This document shows, in pieces, positions 20,116-29,667 of a DNA stretch of 45,210 nt. The position numbers and the translations under genes are program-made. This DNA comes from Candidatus Parcubacteria bacterium. Lineage in GTDB: Bacteria; Patescibacteriota; Minisyncoccia; Phycocordibacterales; UBA918. The number at the start of each line of letters is the position of its first letter. Within the stretch, counting starts at the first letter, position 1. The notes beneath the pieces were generated by a model. That model saw nothing but the letters and a program-made list of their open reading frames with translations, was not told where the DNA came from and searched no databases. Location: positions 1 to 45,210 of the forward strand of contig JAACPT010000004.1 in NCBI GenBank assembly GCA_009995385.1, in the 5' to 3' direction.

Positions 20116-21236
20116 ATCCAAAAAAACTAAAACCAAAACCAATCGATGGGCTCATGCTCACCCTTATCATATTCATGGTAGCGGTAGGATTTTTAATTTT
20201 CTCCTCTGCTTCGCTTGGTCTCATGGCGCGCAGTGGAGCGACTTTTGGTTCTGTCGCTTTTAGTCAATTCGTGTTTGGAGTACTGGGCGGTGGCATTGCT
20301 TTTTTCATAATGAGCAATATTTATTACCGCAATTGGCGAAAATATGCATTTTATTTTTTTCTATTGTCGTTACTAGCTACCGTCGCTGTCTTTATTCCTA
20401 AAATAGGTATGACTCACGCTGGAGCAACGCGGTGGTTGGATCTTGGAATTGTCACAATTCAACCATCAGAATTTCTTAAGCTCGGCTTTGTTATTTATCT
20501 TGCCACCTGGCTCTCTGGTGTACATGACAAGATTGAACACTGGCGTTATGGACTACTCCCGTTTGTCGCAATTACTGGTCTAGTCGGTATAATCATGCTC
20601 GCGCAACCAGACACTGACACCTTTATGATTATCGCTTTTTCGGGGATGGCAATGTACCTTGCAGCAGGTGCTCCTTGGCGGCACATTCTGCTTTTACTCC
20701 TTAGCGGTGTTGTGCTACTCGTAGTTATCGCTTTTACTAGACCATATATCATGGACCGTTTTACTAACTTCCTTCACCCAGATTCTGACCTCCTCGGCAG
20801 TGGATACCAGCTACAGCAATCATTAATTGCTGTAGGCTCAGGTGGTATTACTGGTCGTGGTTTTGGTCAAAGTATTCAAAAATTTGAGTATCTCCCTGAA
20901 CCGATCGGAGATTCAGTTTTTGCCGTGTACGCTGAGGAGTTCGGTTTTATTGGTACAATACTTATTATTTTAGCGTTCGTATTTTTGACGCTACGTGGGT
21001 ACAAAACCGCAACTGAATCTACTGACATCTTTGGAACCCTTTTAGTTATTGGGCTCATGACTATGATTATTGCCCAAGCCTTTTTGAATATCGGAGCAAT
21101 GATTGGTGTCGCACCCCTTTCTGGATTACCATTACCATTTGTTAGTCACGGTGGTACTGCACTCATGGCAACTTTGGCGTCACTCGGTATTGTACTTAAT
21201 GTGTCGAAATATCGAACTTTTAGAAAGGTGGCATGA
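20112..21236 (+). CDS. ftsW: SEDS peptidoglycan polymerase FtsW
   Basis: GATRW, QPSEFLK, GYQLQQS, LPFVSHGGT; between mraY and murG. Confidence 0.93.
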   Translation: MNPKKLKPKPIDGLMLTLIIFMVAVGFLIFSSASLGLMARSGATFGSVAFSQFVFGVLGGGIAFFIMSNIYYRNWRKYAFYFFLLSLLATVAVFIPKIGMTHAGATRWLDLGIVTIQPSEFLKLGFVIYLATWLSGVHDKIEHWRYGLLPFVAITGLVGIIMLAQPDTDTFMIIAFSGMAMYLAAGAPWRHILLLLLSGVVLLVVIAFTRPYIMDRFTNFLHPDSDLLGSGYQLQQSLIAVGSGGITGRGFGQSIQKFEYLPEPIGDSVFAVYAEEFGFIGTILIILAFVFLTLRGYKTATESTDIFGTLLVIGLMTMIIAQAFLNIGAMIGVAPLSGLPLPFVSHGGTALMATLASLGIVLNVSKYRTFRKVA

Positions 21237-21250
21237 TACACTAAAGACGT

Positions 21251-22363
21251 ATGAAAATTGGATTTGTTGGAGGTGGTACTGGCGGTCACTTCTATCCGCT
21301 GATCGCGGTTGCTGATGAGTTGAACAAATCAGAATACAAGCCTGAATTATATTATTTTGGACCATCCCGATATGATAAGGATTCCCTTACTAAATACGGA
21401 ATCACATTTGTGTACTGTCCAGCTGGTAAGTTACGAAATTATTTTTCTATTCAAAATTTTATTGATATATTTCGTAATTTTTTTGGTATCTTTATCGCCA
21501 TCTGGAAACTCTACATCATCTACCCAGACGTAATTTTTAGTAAGGGTGGTTATACCAGTGTCCCAATCCTACTTGCAGCCCGTTTTTTAGCTATTCCAGT
21601 AGTGATTCACGAGTCTGATGCGGTACCAGGAAAAGCTAATAAACTAGCTACAAAACAAGCGCGGTATATCGCCATCTCATATGACGATGCAGCAAAGTTT
21701 TTTCCAGCCCAAAAAACCGCACTCACTGGTATACCGCTGCGCCCAGAGATAAAAGAGGCATCAGAAGATCCTTTCACAGCTCTTGGTATACCTAATGATA
21801 AACCACTTATTTACGTCACCGGAGGGTCATCCGGCGCCTCCCGCATCAATGATGCTGTTCTACAGGCGCTCTCAAAATTGCTTCCAATGTATCGTATTTT
21901 CCATCAAACCGGTGCCAATACTCTTGATGAAGTTCGTTTATCGGCGCAAGGGCTACTTGGTGACTCGCCACTTAGAGAAAGTTACTATATCGAAGGAAAC
22001 ATTAGTGCTCCACTTGTTAATACACTAATGACCGCCGCTTCACTCATTATTACTCGCGCTGGCAGTACGACGCTTTTTGAAATTGCCTACCATGGCAAGC
22101 CAGCTATCGTCGTTCCTATACCAGAAGACATCAGCCGAGACCAACGTACTAATGCCTACGCGTATGCAAGAAGTGGTGCAGCTAGCGTGATTGAGGAACA
22201 CAACCTCACGACTAACCTTCTCGCACAGGAAATTCAGTCTATTTTGAACGACCAAAATCGTTACCAGTCAATGTCAAAAGCAGCTAAAAGTATGTATATT
22301 GAAGGAGCTGAAAGTAAGCTAGCAAACATTCTTGTTTCCATTGGAATTGAACATGCCTCATAA
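21251..22363 (+). CDS. murG: Lipid II N-acetylglucosamine transferase MurG
   Basis: GGGTGGH, KGGYTSVP, GGSSGA, RAGSTT, DQRTNA. Confidence 0.97.
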   Translation: MKIGFVGGGTGGHFYPLIAVADELNKSEYKPELYYFGPSRYDKDSLTKYGITFVYCPAGKLRNYFSIQNFIDIFRNFFGIFIAIWKLYIIYPDVIFSKGGYTSVPILLAARFLAIPVVIHESDAVPGKANKLATKQARYIAISYDDAAKFFPAQKTALTGIPLRPEIKEASEDPFTALGIPNDKPLIYVTGGSSGASRINDAVLQALSKLLPMYRIFHQTGANTLDEVRLSAQGLLGDSPLRESYYIEGNISAPLVNTLMTAASLIITRAGSTTLFEIAYHGKPAIVVPIPEDISRDQRTNAYAYARSGAASVIEEHNLTTNLLAQEIQSILNDQNRYQSMSKAAKSMYIEGAESKLANILVSIGIEHAS

Positions 22364-23828
22364 GAATCACACAAAAGTAGTGACGCGTTTTGCACCGTCA
22401 CCAACTGGATATATGCACATCGGTGGAGCCCGCACCGCTCTCTACGCGTATCTTTTTGCTCGTAAATACAATGGTACTTTCATTCTTCGCATCGAGGACA
22501 CCGACAAAAGTAGGGAAGTGAAGGGGGCTATTCAGCATATTCAAGACTCACTACAATGGCTTGGCACCGAGTGGGACTATGGTCCAGACAAGCCAGGACC
22601 ATTCGGCTCATGTATTCAGTCATTACGTCTTGAATCATATAAAAAATACGCATTGAAACTTGTTGCTAAAGGTTTGGCGTATCCAGATCCTTACACCGAA
22701 GAAGAAGTGGAAGTATTCCGGGTTAAAGCTGAAACAGAAAAACGACCATTCCTTTTTCGAAATCACCGTCCAAAGACATTTGATACCTGGGATGGCACCA
22801 AACCACTTCGTCTTAAAGTACCAGAAATAAAACGATATGAGTGGCAAGATGCAGTTCGAGGCACATTGACCGCTGGCGAAGAGATGCTTGATGACATTAT
22901 TCTTATCAAAGCCGACGGGTATCCAACATACAACTTTGCACACATTATTGATGATCTAGAGATGGGTGTAACTCACGTTATGCGTGGTGAGGAATTTATT
23001 TCCAGTACTCCGAAATTCTTAAGTATTTATGATGCGCTAGAAATAGCGTACCCAGTATTTGCAACATTACCACCCATTATGGGTCCAGATGGTAAGAAAA
23101 AGCTCAGCAAACGTGATGGCGCAAAAGATCTTATGGATTATGCAAAAGATGGCTACCTCCCCGAAGCGATGCGCAACTTCCTTGCGCTGATAGGTTGGAA
23201 CCCAGGTGGAAACGAAGAAATCTTTGGGAGCAATGACTCAGACCATACACTCATTGAAAAATTTAGTCTAGATAAAATTCAACGCTCTGGTGGTGCCTTT
23301 AATGAAGAAAAGCTTTGCTGGATGAACAGGGAATACTTGATAAAGCAACCTCTTGATTTCAAATACACCTACCTGAAAGAAGCACTACCAGAGACAATTT
23401 TTGCCCTACCGCAATATTCAGATGAGCGCCTACTTAAACTCGTTCCTGTTATATTTGAACGGATCCAAAATAAAATTGCTATCAGAGATGCCGCAAATGC
23501 AAGGGAATACGACTTTGCGTTTACCATACAATCGTACAAAACAGATTTACTTAAATGGAAAAATGATGACACGGTAGCGGCTGCCGTACCTCGCTTGAAG
23601 CAACTTGTAAAGCTTCTTGAGAAAGCTGACTTTTCATCCCCAGATTCCATAAAGAAAGCGCTCTGGTCTTACGCTGAAGAAACTGGAAAGGGTGAAGTCC
23701 TCTGGCCACTGCGCGTAGCACTTTCTGGTGTCGAACGCTCACCTGACCCTTTTAGTATTGCTTTTATCCTAGGAAAAGATGAAACCATCTCCCGCATTCT
23801 GACTGCTTGTGATAAAATAATTGGATAA
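22353..23828 (+). CDS. gltX: Glutamate--tRNA ligase
   Basis: RFAPSPTGYMHIGG, LRIEDTD, KLSKR. Confidence 0.97.
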   Translation: MPHKNHTKVVTRFAPSPTGYMHIGGARTALYAYLFARKYNGTFILRIEDTDKSREVKGAIQHIQDSLQWLGTEWDYGPDKPGPFGSCIQSLRLESYKKYALKLVAKGLAYPDPYTEEEVEVFRVKAETEKRPFLFRNHRPKTFDTWDGTKPLRLKVPEIKRYEWQDAVRGTLTAGEEMLDDIILIKADGYPTYNFAHIIDDLEMGVTHVMRGEEFISSTPKFLSIYDALEIAYPVFATLPPIMGPDGKKKLSKRDGAKDLMDYAKDGYLPEAMRNFLALIGWNPGGNEEIFGSNDSDHTLIEKFSLDKIQRSGGAFNEEKLCWMNREYLIKQPLDFKYTYLKEALPETIFALPQYSDERLLKLVPVIFERIQNKIAIRDAANAREYDFAFTIQSYKTDLLKWKNDDTVAAAVPRLKQLVKLLEKADFSSPDSIKKALWSYAEETGKGEVLWPLRVALSGVERSPDPFSIAFILGKDETISRILTACDKIIG

Positions 23829-25135
23829 TGCGTATTCGCTTGTTCGTGGTCTTTTTTTTGGGAATAATTCTCCCGCAGTTTCTTTTGGTAACGATACCGA
23901 CCGTTTTTGCTGAATCTGAAATTGAACGACTTAAAACTGAAATAAATACTCGAAGTAATAGACTCACGGAGATTGAAGCAGAAATAGCTAAATTCGAATC
24001 ACAATTAAAGGAGGTAGGAGCTGAAAAGAAAACCCTACAAGTAGCAATTAACCAGCTTGAGTTAGAGCGCAAAAAGGTCAACGCCGAAATCTCGAAAACA
24101 GAAAATTTGATTACTTCAACTGATTTAGAAATTAACAAACTAATCCTCGAAATATCGCGCACCGAGAAAGACATTGCCGCTGCAGAAGCGGCAGTAGGCG
24201 AAATTATTCGTGCCGAATACATGGCTGGTAGTGATACCCTCATAGAGGTACTCCTCAGTAACGTAAAACTTTCGGAATTTTGGAATACCTTTGAAGCACA
24301 TGAAAGTGTGCAAAAGGTACTAGGTGAAAAGGTCGCAACATTAAGCTCTTTTAAAACGCTTCTGGAAGAGCAACGCAATGAAAGCCAAGGTAAACGAACA
24401 GAATTGAGTTCTCTGAAAAATCAGTATTTGGACCAAAACTCCGTACTTACAAACAATAAACAAGAGCGTTCAAAACTACTCGAAGTTACCAAAAACGAAG
24501 AAAAAAACTATCAACAATTACTTGCTAGTAAGGAAGCAGCGAAAGATCAAATAATAAAAGAGATGCGAGACTTTGAGTCAAAATTGCAATTCATCCTCGA
24601 CCCCAACACTATACCAACTCCTGGCACTCGAATCTTTGACTGGCCACTTAAGAATATTGTCATCACGCAGCTTTTTGGTGGAACTGAATTCGCCGCGCGT
24701 AACGCCAGTGTGTACGGCGGTCGTGCGTACCACCCAGGAATTGACCTTGGCACACCACGTGGGACACCAATCTATGCACCACTTACTGGAACCGTTAGGG
24801 CTACTGGCAACACTGATGCTGTACCTGGTTGTTATTCGTGGGGTAAGTGGACTCTCATAGACCATGCTAATGGACTTTCCACATTGTACGCACATCAAGA
24901 CGTTATTGCAGTTACTCCGGGACAAAAAGTCACCACTGGAGAGATAATCGGCTACAGTGGAAGCACTGGTTACTCCACTGGTCCACACCTTCACTTCACT
25001 GTATATGCCAAGGACGGAGTAAGTGTGAGAAAGTTTAGTGAAATAAAAAGCGTCACCAGTTGTGGTGCCGCAACCACACCAGTAGCAGCTAGCGACGCAT
25101 ATATTGACCCAATGCTTTATCTACCACCACGCTAA
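23828..25135 (+). CDS. Coiled-coil M23 peptidase (EnvC-like murein hydrolase/activator)
   Basis: Signal peptide, long coiled coil, HPGID, LYAH, STGPHLHF. Confidence 0.92.
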   Translation: MRIRLFVVFFLGIILPQFLLVTIPTVFAESEIERLKTEINTRSNRLTEIEAEIAKFESQLKEVGAEKKTLQVAINQLELERKKVNAEISKTENLITSTDLEINKLILEISRTEKDIAAAEAAVGEIIRAEYMAGSDTLIEVLLSNVKLSEFWNTFEAHESVQKVLGEKVATLSSFKTLLEEQRNESQGKRTELSSLKNQYLDQNSVLTNNKQERSKLLEVTKNEEKNYQQLLASKEAAKDQIIKEMRDFESKLQFILDPNTIPTPGTRIFDWPLKNIVITQLFGGTEFAARNASVYGGRAYHPGIDLGTPRGTPIYAPLTGTVRATGNTDAVPGCYSWGKWTLIDHANGLSTLYAHQDVIAVTPGQKVTTGEIIGYSGSTGYSTGPHLHFTVYAKDGVSVRKFSEIKSVTSCGAATTPVAASDAYIDPMLYLPPR

Positions 25136-25137
25136 AC

Positions 25138-25179
25138 TGTGGATAAATGCTGATTTTTTGTGGATAACTATGTGGATAG
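25138..25179 (-). promoter_or_regulatory. Cluster of three same-orientation DnaA boxes
   Basis: TGTGGATAA at 25138-25146 and 25159-25167 (reverse complement of TTATCCACA); TGTGGATAG at 25171-25179 (one mismatch). Confidence 0.7.
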
Positions 25180-25229
25180 GATATAGAATAGACTTGCGAT
25201 GCACTGCATCGTAGGAACTTACCCGAATG

Positions 25230-25270
25230 GAAGCCCGCGCGTATGCGCGGGCTTCTGGGCAGTGTTTTTT
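25230..25270 (+). terminator. GC-rich 11-bp hairpin with a downstream T-tract
   Basis: GAAGCCCGCGC-gtat-GCGCGGGCTTC, then tgggcagtg and TTTTTT. Confidence 0.6.
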
Positions 25271-25991
25271 ATAATCCAGGCACTTTATCTTTTTACTTTG
25301 AATCCCTCGTCACAACCTTGTATCAACCTGCATAGATTTGCCGCAACTGGCAGAATAAATATTCTGCCCACAAATGTGAATGTCGCACAATATATGTCAG
25401 GTGTCTATGGTGAGAGAGCGGGGATAACATCACTTACGATACGACATTTGCTCTCAAGTAGACTTGAAAGCGACCAACACATCGGAGATGTTTTTACAGA
25501 AGGAATAATTATACTTACATAAATTGAAATTCGTATCATGTTAATGCGGTGAAAAACATTTATGTATGTATAAGATGTTTTATTTCATACATTTGCACAT
25601 TGCCTTGTTTTTCATACAAACGATTAATTACTGATAAGGAAGTTACCCCACACAAATAAGCTCACCTTGATGTACAAAGCGAGATGATATCACATACCTC
25701 TAGACAAGCTAAAACGCCTTATAATTGATCCTAGAGCCTAATAAAATGAAGCCTTTTAATCAAGCACACTGAAAATAAATATCTATAGTCACTACATGAA
25801 CAAGTAGCTTTTACTAAACGAAGACGATGCCATATGGCAACATGAACCCAGTAAGTAAATACTTGAAATAAACGTGAGAGCAGGCTATATAGAAAATGAT
25901 ATATGCTCAAACCGTCTATTAAATACCACTTCCTGACACAGATTCACAGTGTGTGTAGAAATTGAAAGAACTGAGTGGAATATGCATGTGT

Positions 25992-26019
25992 ATGTCGCAA
26001 AAGATATATTGTGCGACAT
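25992..26019. other. dif-like tyrosine recombinase site (11-6-11)
   Basis: ATGTCGCAAAA-GATATA-TTGTGCGACAT with arms inverted at 10/11; 16 bp of it recur in inverted orientation at 25380-25395. Confidence 0.5.
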
Positions 26020-26042
26020 ACTTATCACCAAACAAAAGTATT

Positions 26043-26825
26043 CTACCTGGTGTGTGCCCCTCCTAATAATTGCACCATAATACGATCGTAGTCTGGTCGA
26101 TGCTTCGTCAGATGTATATGACGCTCTCCCCTGTGAATCAGTTGCGAAGATATTTCTTGATGTCGAGTCAAATACTCATTTAATTTATTTGGGATAATTT
26201 CATCTTGTGAAATTATTTTTTTGTCTTCTTTAAAGTGTGCCCTAAGTTGATGCTTAATCTGCGTGTAGTGAGTACAACCCAAAACAACCACTGTACTCTC
26301 CCCTGCTTTGGTCTCTATAGTTTGTATTGCGATAGTAGCTGCATCAGCTAGTTCATTTCGCTCAATCAACGGTACTAGTTCTGGAATAGCAATCTGTGTC
26401 AGTATCGTGTTACCATTTCCTTTATGATTAAGCTCCAATTGGTACTTTCCCGAATTGACGGTACGCGTAGTTCCGATGAGTACAACATTTGTCAGTACAT
26501 CAAATTTTAAAATTTCAATGGTTGGCACAATAATTCCAAGAATTTTTCGATTGGGATATTCCACTGGCAAAAATTCTTGTTGTAACCTTCGTGCAGTTTG
26601 TGCTGATGCAGTGTTACAAGCAATAATCGAAAGCACTGCTCCTTTTTCAAAAAGATACCGCATTCCAATTTTAGTAAGCTCATATATCTCCTCCTCCTCT
26701 CTATCACCATATGGCAGATGTGCAGTATCACCATAAAAAACATAGTCGTATTGTGGAAGTTTTTTTGTCACTGCTTTTAAAATGGTGAGACCTCCCAAAC
26801 CAGAGTCAAAAAAACCAATTTTCAT
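26043..26825 (-). CDS. murI: Glutamate racemase
   Basis: FDSGLGGL, PYG, ACNTAS, LGCTHY. Confidence 0.97.
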   Translation of the reverse strand: MKIGFFDSGLGGLTILKAVTKKLPQYDYVFYGDTAHLPYGDREEEEIYELTKIGMRYLFEKGAVLSIIACNTASAQTARRLQQEFLPVEYPNRKILGIIVPTIEILKFDVLTNVVLIGTTRTVNSGKYQLELNHKGNGNTILTQIAIPELVPLIERNELADAATIAIQTIETKAGESTVVVLGCTHYTQIKHQLRAHFKEDKKIISQDEIIPNKLNEYLTRHQEISSQLIHRGERHIHLTKHRPDYDRIMVQLLGGAHTR

Positions 26826-27298
26826 ACTCTATATAATTTATTTTCAGCAAGACGCAGTATAAACAAAAATTCATTCTTCGAGAGCTTTGTTACCGATAAC
26901 CGGTTACCTTTCTTAAGGAGTGCCATTCTAGAAAGTTTTTTCTCATTCCGCAATTCAGAAAGTAGCACTGGCCGATTGAATTTTTTAATAAATTTCACAT
27001 CAACAGCAAACCAACGCGTCATAGAAGGATTGGATTTTGGATCGAAATAGTTACTTGTAGCGTCAAACTGTGTCGGATCTGGATACGCTTCTCTCACTAT
27101 CTCCATGAGACCGACAATACCAGTCTCTTTCCCTGTGTTTGAGTGATAAAAAAATGCTTGATCACCAACCCGCACCTGATCGCGGAGCATATTGCGCACC
27201 TGATAATTACGAATTCCATCCCACAATGAACGTTTCTTTGTTAGCAAATCATCAATGGAAAACTCATTAGGTTCACTTTTCATCAACCAATACTGCAT
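26822..27298 (-). CDS. EVE domain protein
   Basis: YWLMKSEP, WDGIRNYQVRN, FFYHS, RLSV. Confidence 0.95.
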   Translation of the reverse strand: MQYWLMKSEPNEFSIDDLLTKKRSLWDGIRNYQVRNMLRDQVRVGDQAFFYHSNTGKETGIVGLMEIVREAYPDPTQFDATSNYFDPKSNPSMTRWFAVDVKFIKKFNRPVLLSELRNEKKLSRMALLKKGNRLSVTKLSKNEFLFILRLAENKLYRV

Positions 27299-27324
27299 AT
27301 TGTAATAGTATATGTTATTTTGAA

Positions 27325-27364
27325 AAACAAAAGACCGGCCCTGCTAGGGGTCGGTCTTTTGTTT
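27325..27364 (-). terminator. Rho-independent terminator
   Basis: AAACAAAAGACCGGCCC-tgctag-GGGTCGGTCTTTTGTTT. Confidence 0.8.
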
Positions 27365-27803
27365 AGTAGTTTGCCGCTAGGGAGTTTCCCCAACATGGCA
27401 TTGATGCACTCCATGGTCTGGTGCCCTGTGTCTCATAGAGATACCGAGCATATTCCATATTACCGTAGACGTCATCGAGATTTATCTGCATTGCAGTAGC
27501 TGATTTCTGGTGGTAACGCTTGTTGATTTGCATTACTCCCGTATCAGCAGGATCAATTCGACCGAGTAGGATCGAACCATCAGTCGTAGTGTGACGAAAA
27601 GCAGATTCACACCGAGCTACATCAATCATAACGGGAATGTCCGCAAAATATGATCGCACAATAGCTTCAGTGCTCATAATGTCAGAAATTTTAGCCACTT
27701 CTGTCACTATCCCTGCATCGTTCTGACTTGCAATGTGTCCGTACGCTGCCTCCTGCACCTCAACAGTCGAAGCGGTAGCAGCCATGAGCAGCGAGAGAAT
27801 CAC
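27363..27803 (-). CDS. Secreted lytic transglycosylase/lysozyme-like protein (start codon uncertain)
   Basis: VARCES (catalytic Glu), GVMQIN, ARYLY...PW; hydrophobic N-terminus. Confidence 0.8.
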   Translation of the reverse strand: MILSLLMAATASTVEVQEAAYGHIASQNDAGIVTEVAKISDIMSTEAIVRSYFADIPVMIDVARCESAFRHTTTDGSILLGRIDPADTGVMQINKRYHQKSATAMQINLDDVYGNMEYARYLYETQGTRPWSASMPCWGNSLAANY

Positions 27804-27941
27804 AGTCGATAAAATAAGCCAAAGGTCTTATCTCGTAAATATCGGTGAGACAAGAGTCGTATTAGTGGAGATTCCTAGAATCAATACACCGCTGCGACAC
27901 CGATAACCGCACAACTATATCACAACTTGCGGATTTTAAAT

Positions 27942-27970
27942 ATTTTACAACATTTTACAGTATAAGTCAA
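27942..27970 (-). promoter_or_regulatory. sigma70 promoter about 130 nt upstream of the lytic transglycosylase
   Basis: On the - strand TTGACT-17 nt-TAAAAT. Confidence 0.7.
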
Positions 27971-28014
27971 GTTATACCGCGAAGTCTACCTAATTTGTGC
28001 CCAATTATCTGTAC

Positions 28015-28794
28015 CTATTCACTCTTTTTGCTGCCTGCATCTAACCACTCTTTTGCTCCTTCAAACGCTCGAAGCACTTCAATAGGAGTAGCAAAAACAA
28101 CGGTATTTGATTGATCGGAGGAAAGGTCATTGAGTGTCTGAAGCGTGCGCAAGTGGAGCGCTCCGGGCGCTGCCGAGAGCATCATCGCTGCTTTTGAAAT
28201 ATTTTCAGCAGCTGCCACTTCCCCTTCCGCTTTGATAATAACTGCCCGTCGTTCACGCTCAGCTTCTGCTTGCTTGGCGATTGTTCGCTCCATTTCTTCG
28301 GGGAGGAAAAAATCTTTAAGCTCTACATTGTCAACTTTTATCCCCCACTGGTCGGTTTCTAGGTCTATCACTGTTCTAATTTGTTCAGACAGTTTATCAC
28401 GCTGCGACAGCACTTCATCAAGTTCTGCGCCACCGACAATATTTCGCATGGTTGTTTGTGCTAGTTGCGATACTGCGTAGCGAAAATCTTCCACCTCTAA
28501 TACTGCTTTTGCTGCATCGGATACTTTATAGTAGATGACGGCATTAATGCTGGCTGAAACATTATCACGAGTGATAACTTTTTGATCAGGTACATCGACT
28601 GCTTTGACTCGAAGGTCAACTTTTTCCATGGTTTGAAAAACTGGAACAATAATACTCCAGCCAGGCTCGCGAATACTGGTCAGTTTTCCCATCGTGAGCA
28701 CTACCCCTCGCTCGTACTGCTTCACCTCTCGTAAAAAGATTACCAGTATTCCAATAGTGAGTAACAAAAATAAGATAATATTCATACCGTACAT
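28015..28794 (-). CDS. SPFH/band-7 (stomatin-like) protein
   Basis: VKQYERGV, ITRDNV, QLAQTTMR, KQAEAERERRA, LRTLQTL. Confidence 0.95.
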   Translation of the reverse strand: MYGMNIILFLLLTIGILVIFLREVKQYERGVVLTMGKLTSIREPGWSIIVPVFQTMEKVDLRVKAVDVPDQKVITRDNVSASINAVIYYKVSDAAKAVLEVEDFRYAVSQLAQTTMRNIVGGAELDEVLSQRDKLSEQIRTVIDLETDQWGIKVDNVELKDFFLPEEMERTIAKQAEAERERRAVIIKAEGEVAAAENISKAAMMLSAAPGALHLRTLQTLNDLSSDQSNTVVFATPIEVLRAFEGAKEWLDAGSKKSE

Positions 28795-28827
28795 TATTAG
28801 TGTATAAAATCTTTGTCCAGTATACGC

Positions 28828-29667
28828 TTATTGATACTGCTTTAAAATAGCCATTGCTCCATAGAGGCCAGCCTCGTCACCCATTTTTGCCGTGGTAATG
28901 AATGGAGCGGGAACAAATCCATTGAGGGCTGCAACGGTATATTTCCTGATTGTATCAATTGAAATTCGGGGGTCTCCAAGAATCATGGATCCACCCAGAA
29001 TGATAGCGTCTGGCGACCAATAGAGAATGGTATTTCGTAGTCCTTGCGCGAGGTATTCTGCTAGTTCATCCCAGACCACATCAGTTTGTGGTATCTCATA
29101 CGGTTCAACGCCAAAACGATTCTTAACTGCTGTACCGGAAACAAGATTTTCCAGAGTCGGTGAAATGTCATCACCTAGAATGGTACGATCGATGTCGACA
29201 ATCTGGTGACCTGGTTCAAAGCCGACACTTGCAAGATCTACTGCACCGTTCACAATTTTCACCCCGCCAACTCCCGTACTAATTGAATGATAAGCAATAA
29301 TCTCAAGTCCTTTCCCTGCTCCATAGATAGCTTCACCTAGTCCAGCTACAGCCGTGTCATTTTCGAGATACACCGGAATAGAAAAGTGCTCTTGGAGTGC
29401 TGCGACGACTGATTTGTTTATCCAGTTGTTTAGTACGGCGTCATTTTGTATTCCACTTTTATCTTCTAAAAGTGGGCCACGAATGCCACCAGCCATTGCA
29501 ATTGGTGTCTTTTTGGTCAATTTTTTTATCGTGGCAATAATTTTTTTAATTCCATCATGAAAGAGTATGGGGGTATTGAAGGACTCAGAGGCAATAATCG
29601 ATTCTAAATCTTCACTTACTGCCACTCGGGTCTTAGTGCCGCCAATATCAAATAGAATATATGTCAT
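28828..29667 (-). CDS. ROK family sugar kinase
   Basis: FDIGGTK, ENDTAVAGLGE, STGVGG, EPGH, GGS. Confidence 0.9.
   Translation of the reverse strand: MTYILFDIGGTKTRVAVSEDLESIIASESFNTPILFHDGIKKIIATIKKLTKKTPIAMAGGIRGPLLEDKSGIQNDAVLNNWINKSVVAALQEHFSIPVYLENDTAVAGLGEAIYGAGKGLEIIAYHSISTGVGGVKIVNGAVDLASVGFEPGHQIVDIDRTILGDDISPTLENLVSGTAVKNRFGVEPYEIPQTDVVWDELAEYLAQGLRNTILYWSPDAIILGGSMILGDPRISIDTIRKYTVAALNGFVPAPFITTAKMGDEAGLYGAMAILKQYQ

Noticed and set aside
25199-25522. 107 aa ORF in the large gap
   Set aside because: No recognisable motif, and it runs through a terminator-like hairpin and palindromes. Not listed as a CDS, though not excluded.
25136-26042. CRISPR array, tRNA or IS element in the large gap
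   Set aside because: No regularly spaced direct repeats, cloverleaf, transposase ORF or target-site duplication seen
26822-27298. EVE protein as part of a modification-dependent defence system
   Set aside because: Standalone EVE overlapping murI, with no nuclease or toxin partner adjacent
27804-27936. c-di-AMP (ydaO) riboswitch
   Set aside because: The gene context fits, but the conserved GCUGAAUCC and GGGGAACC-type segments are not visible
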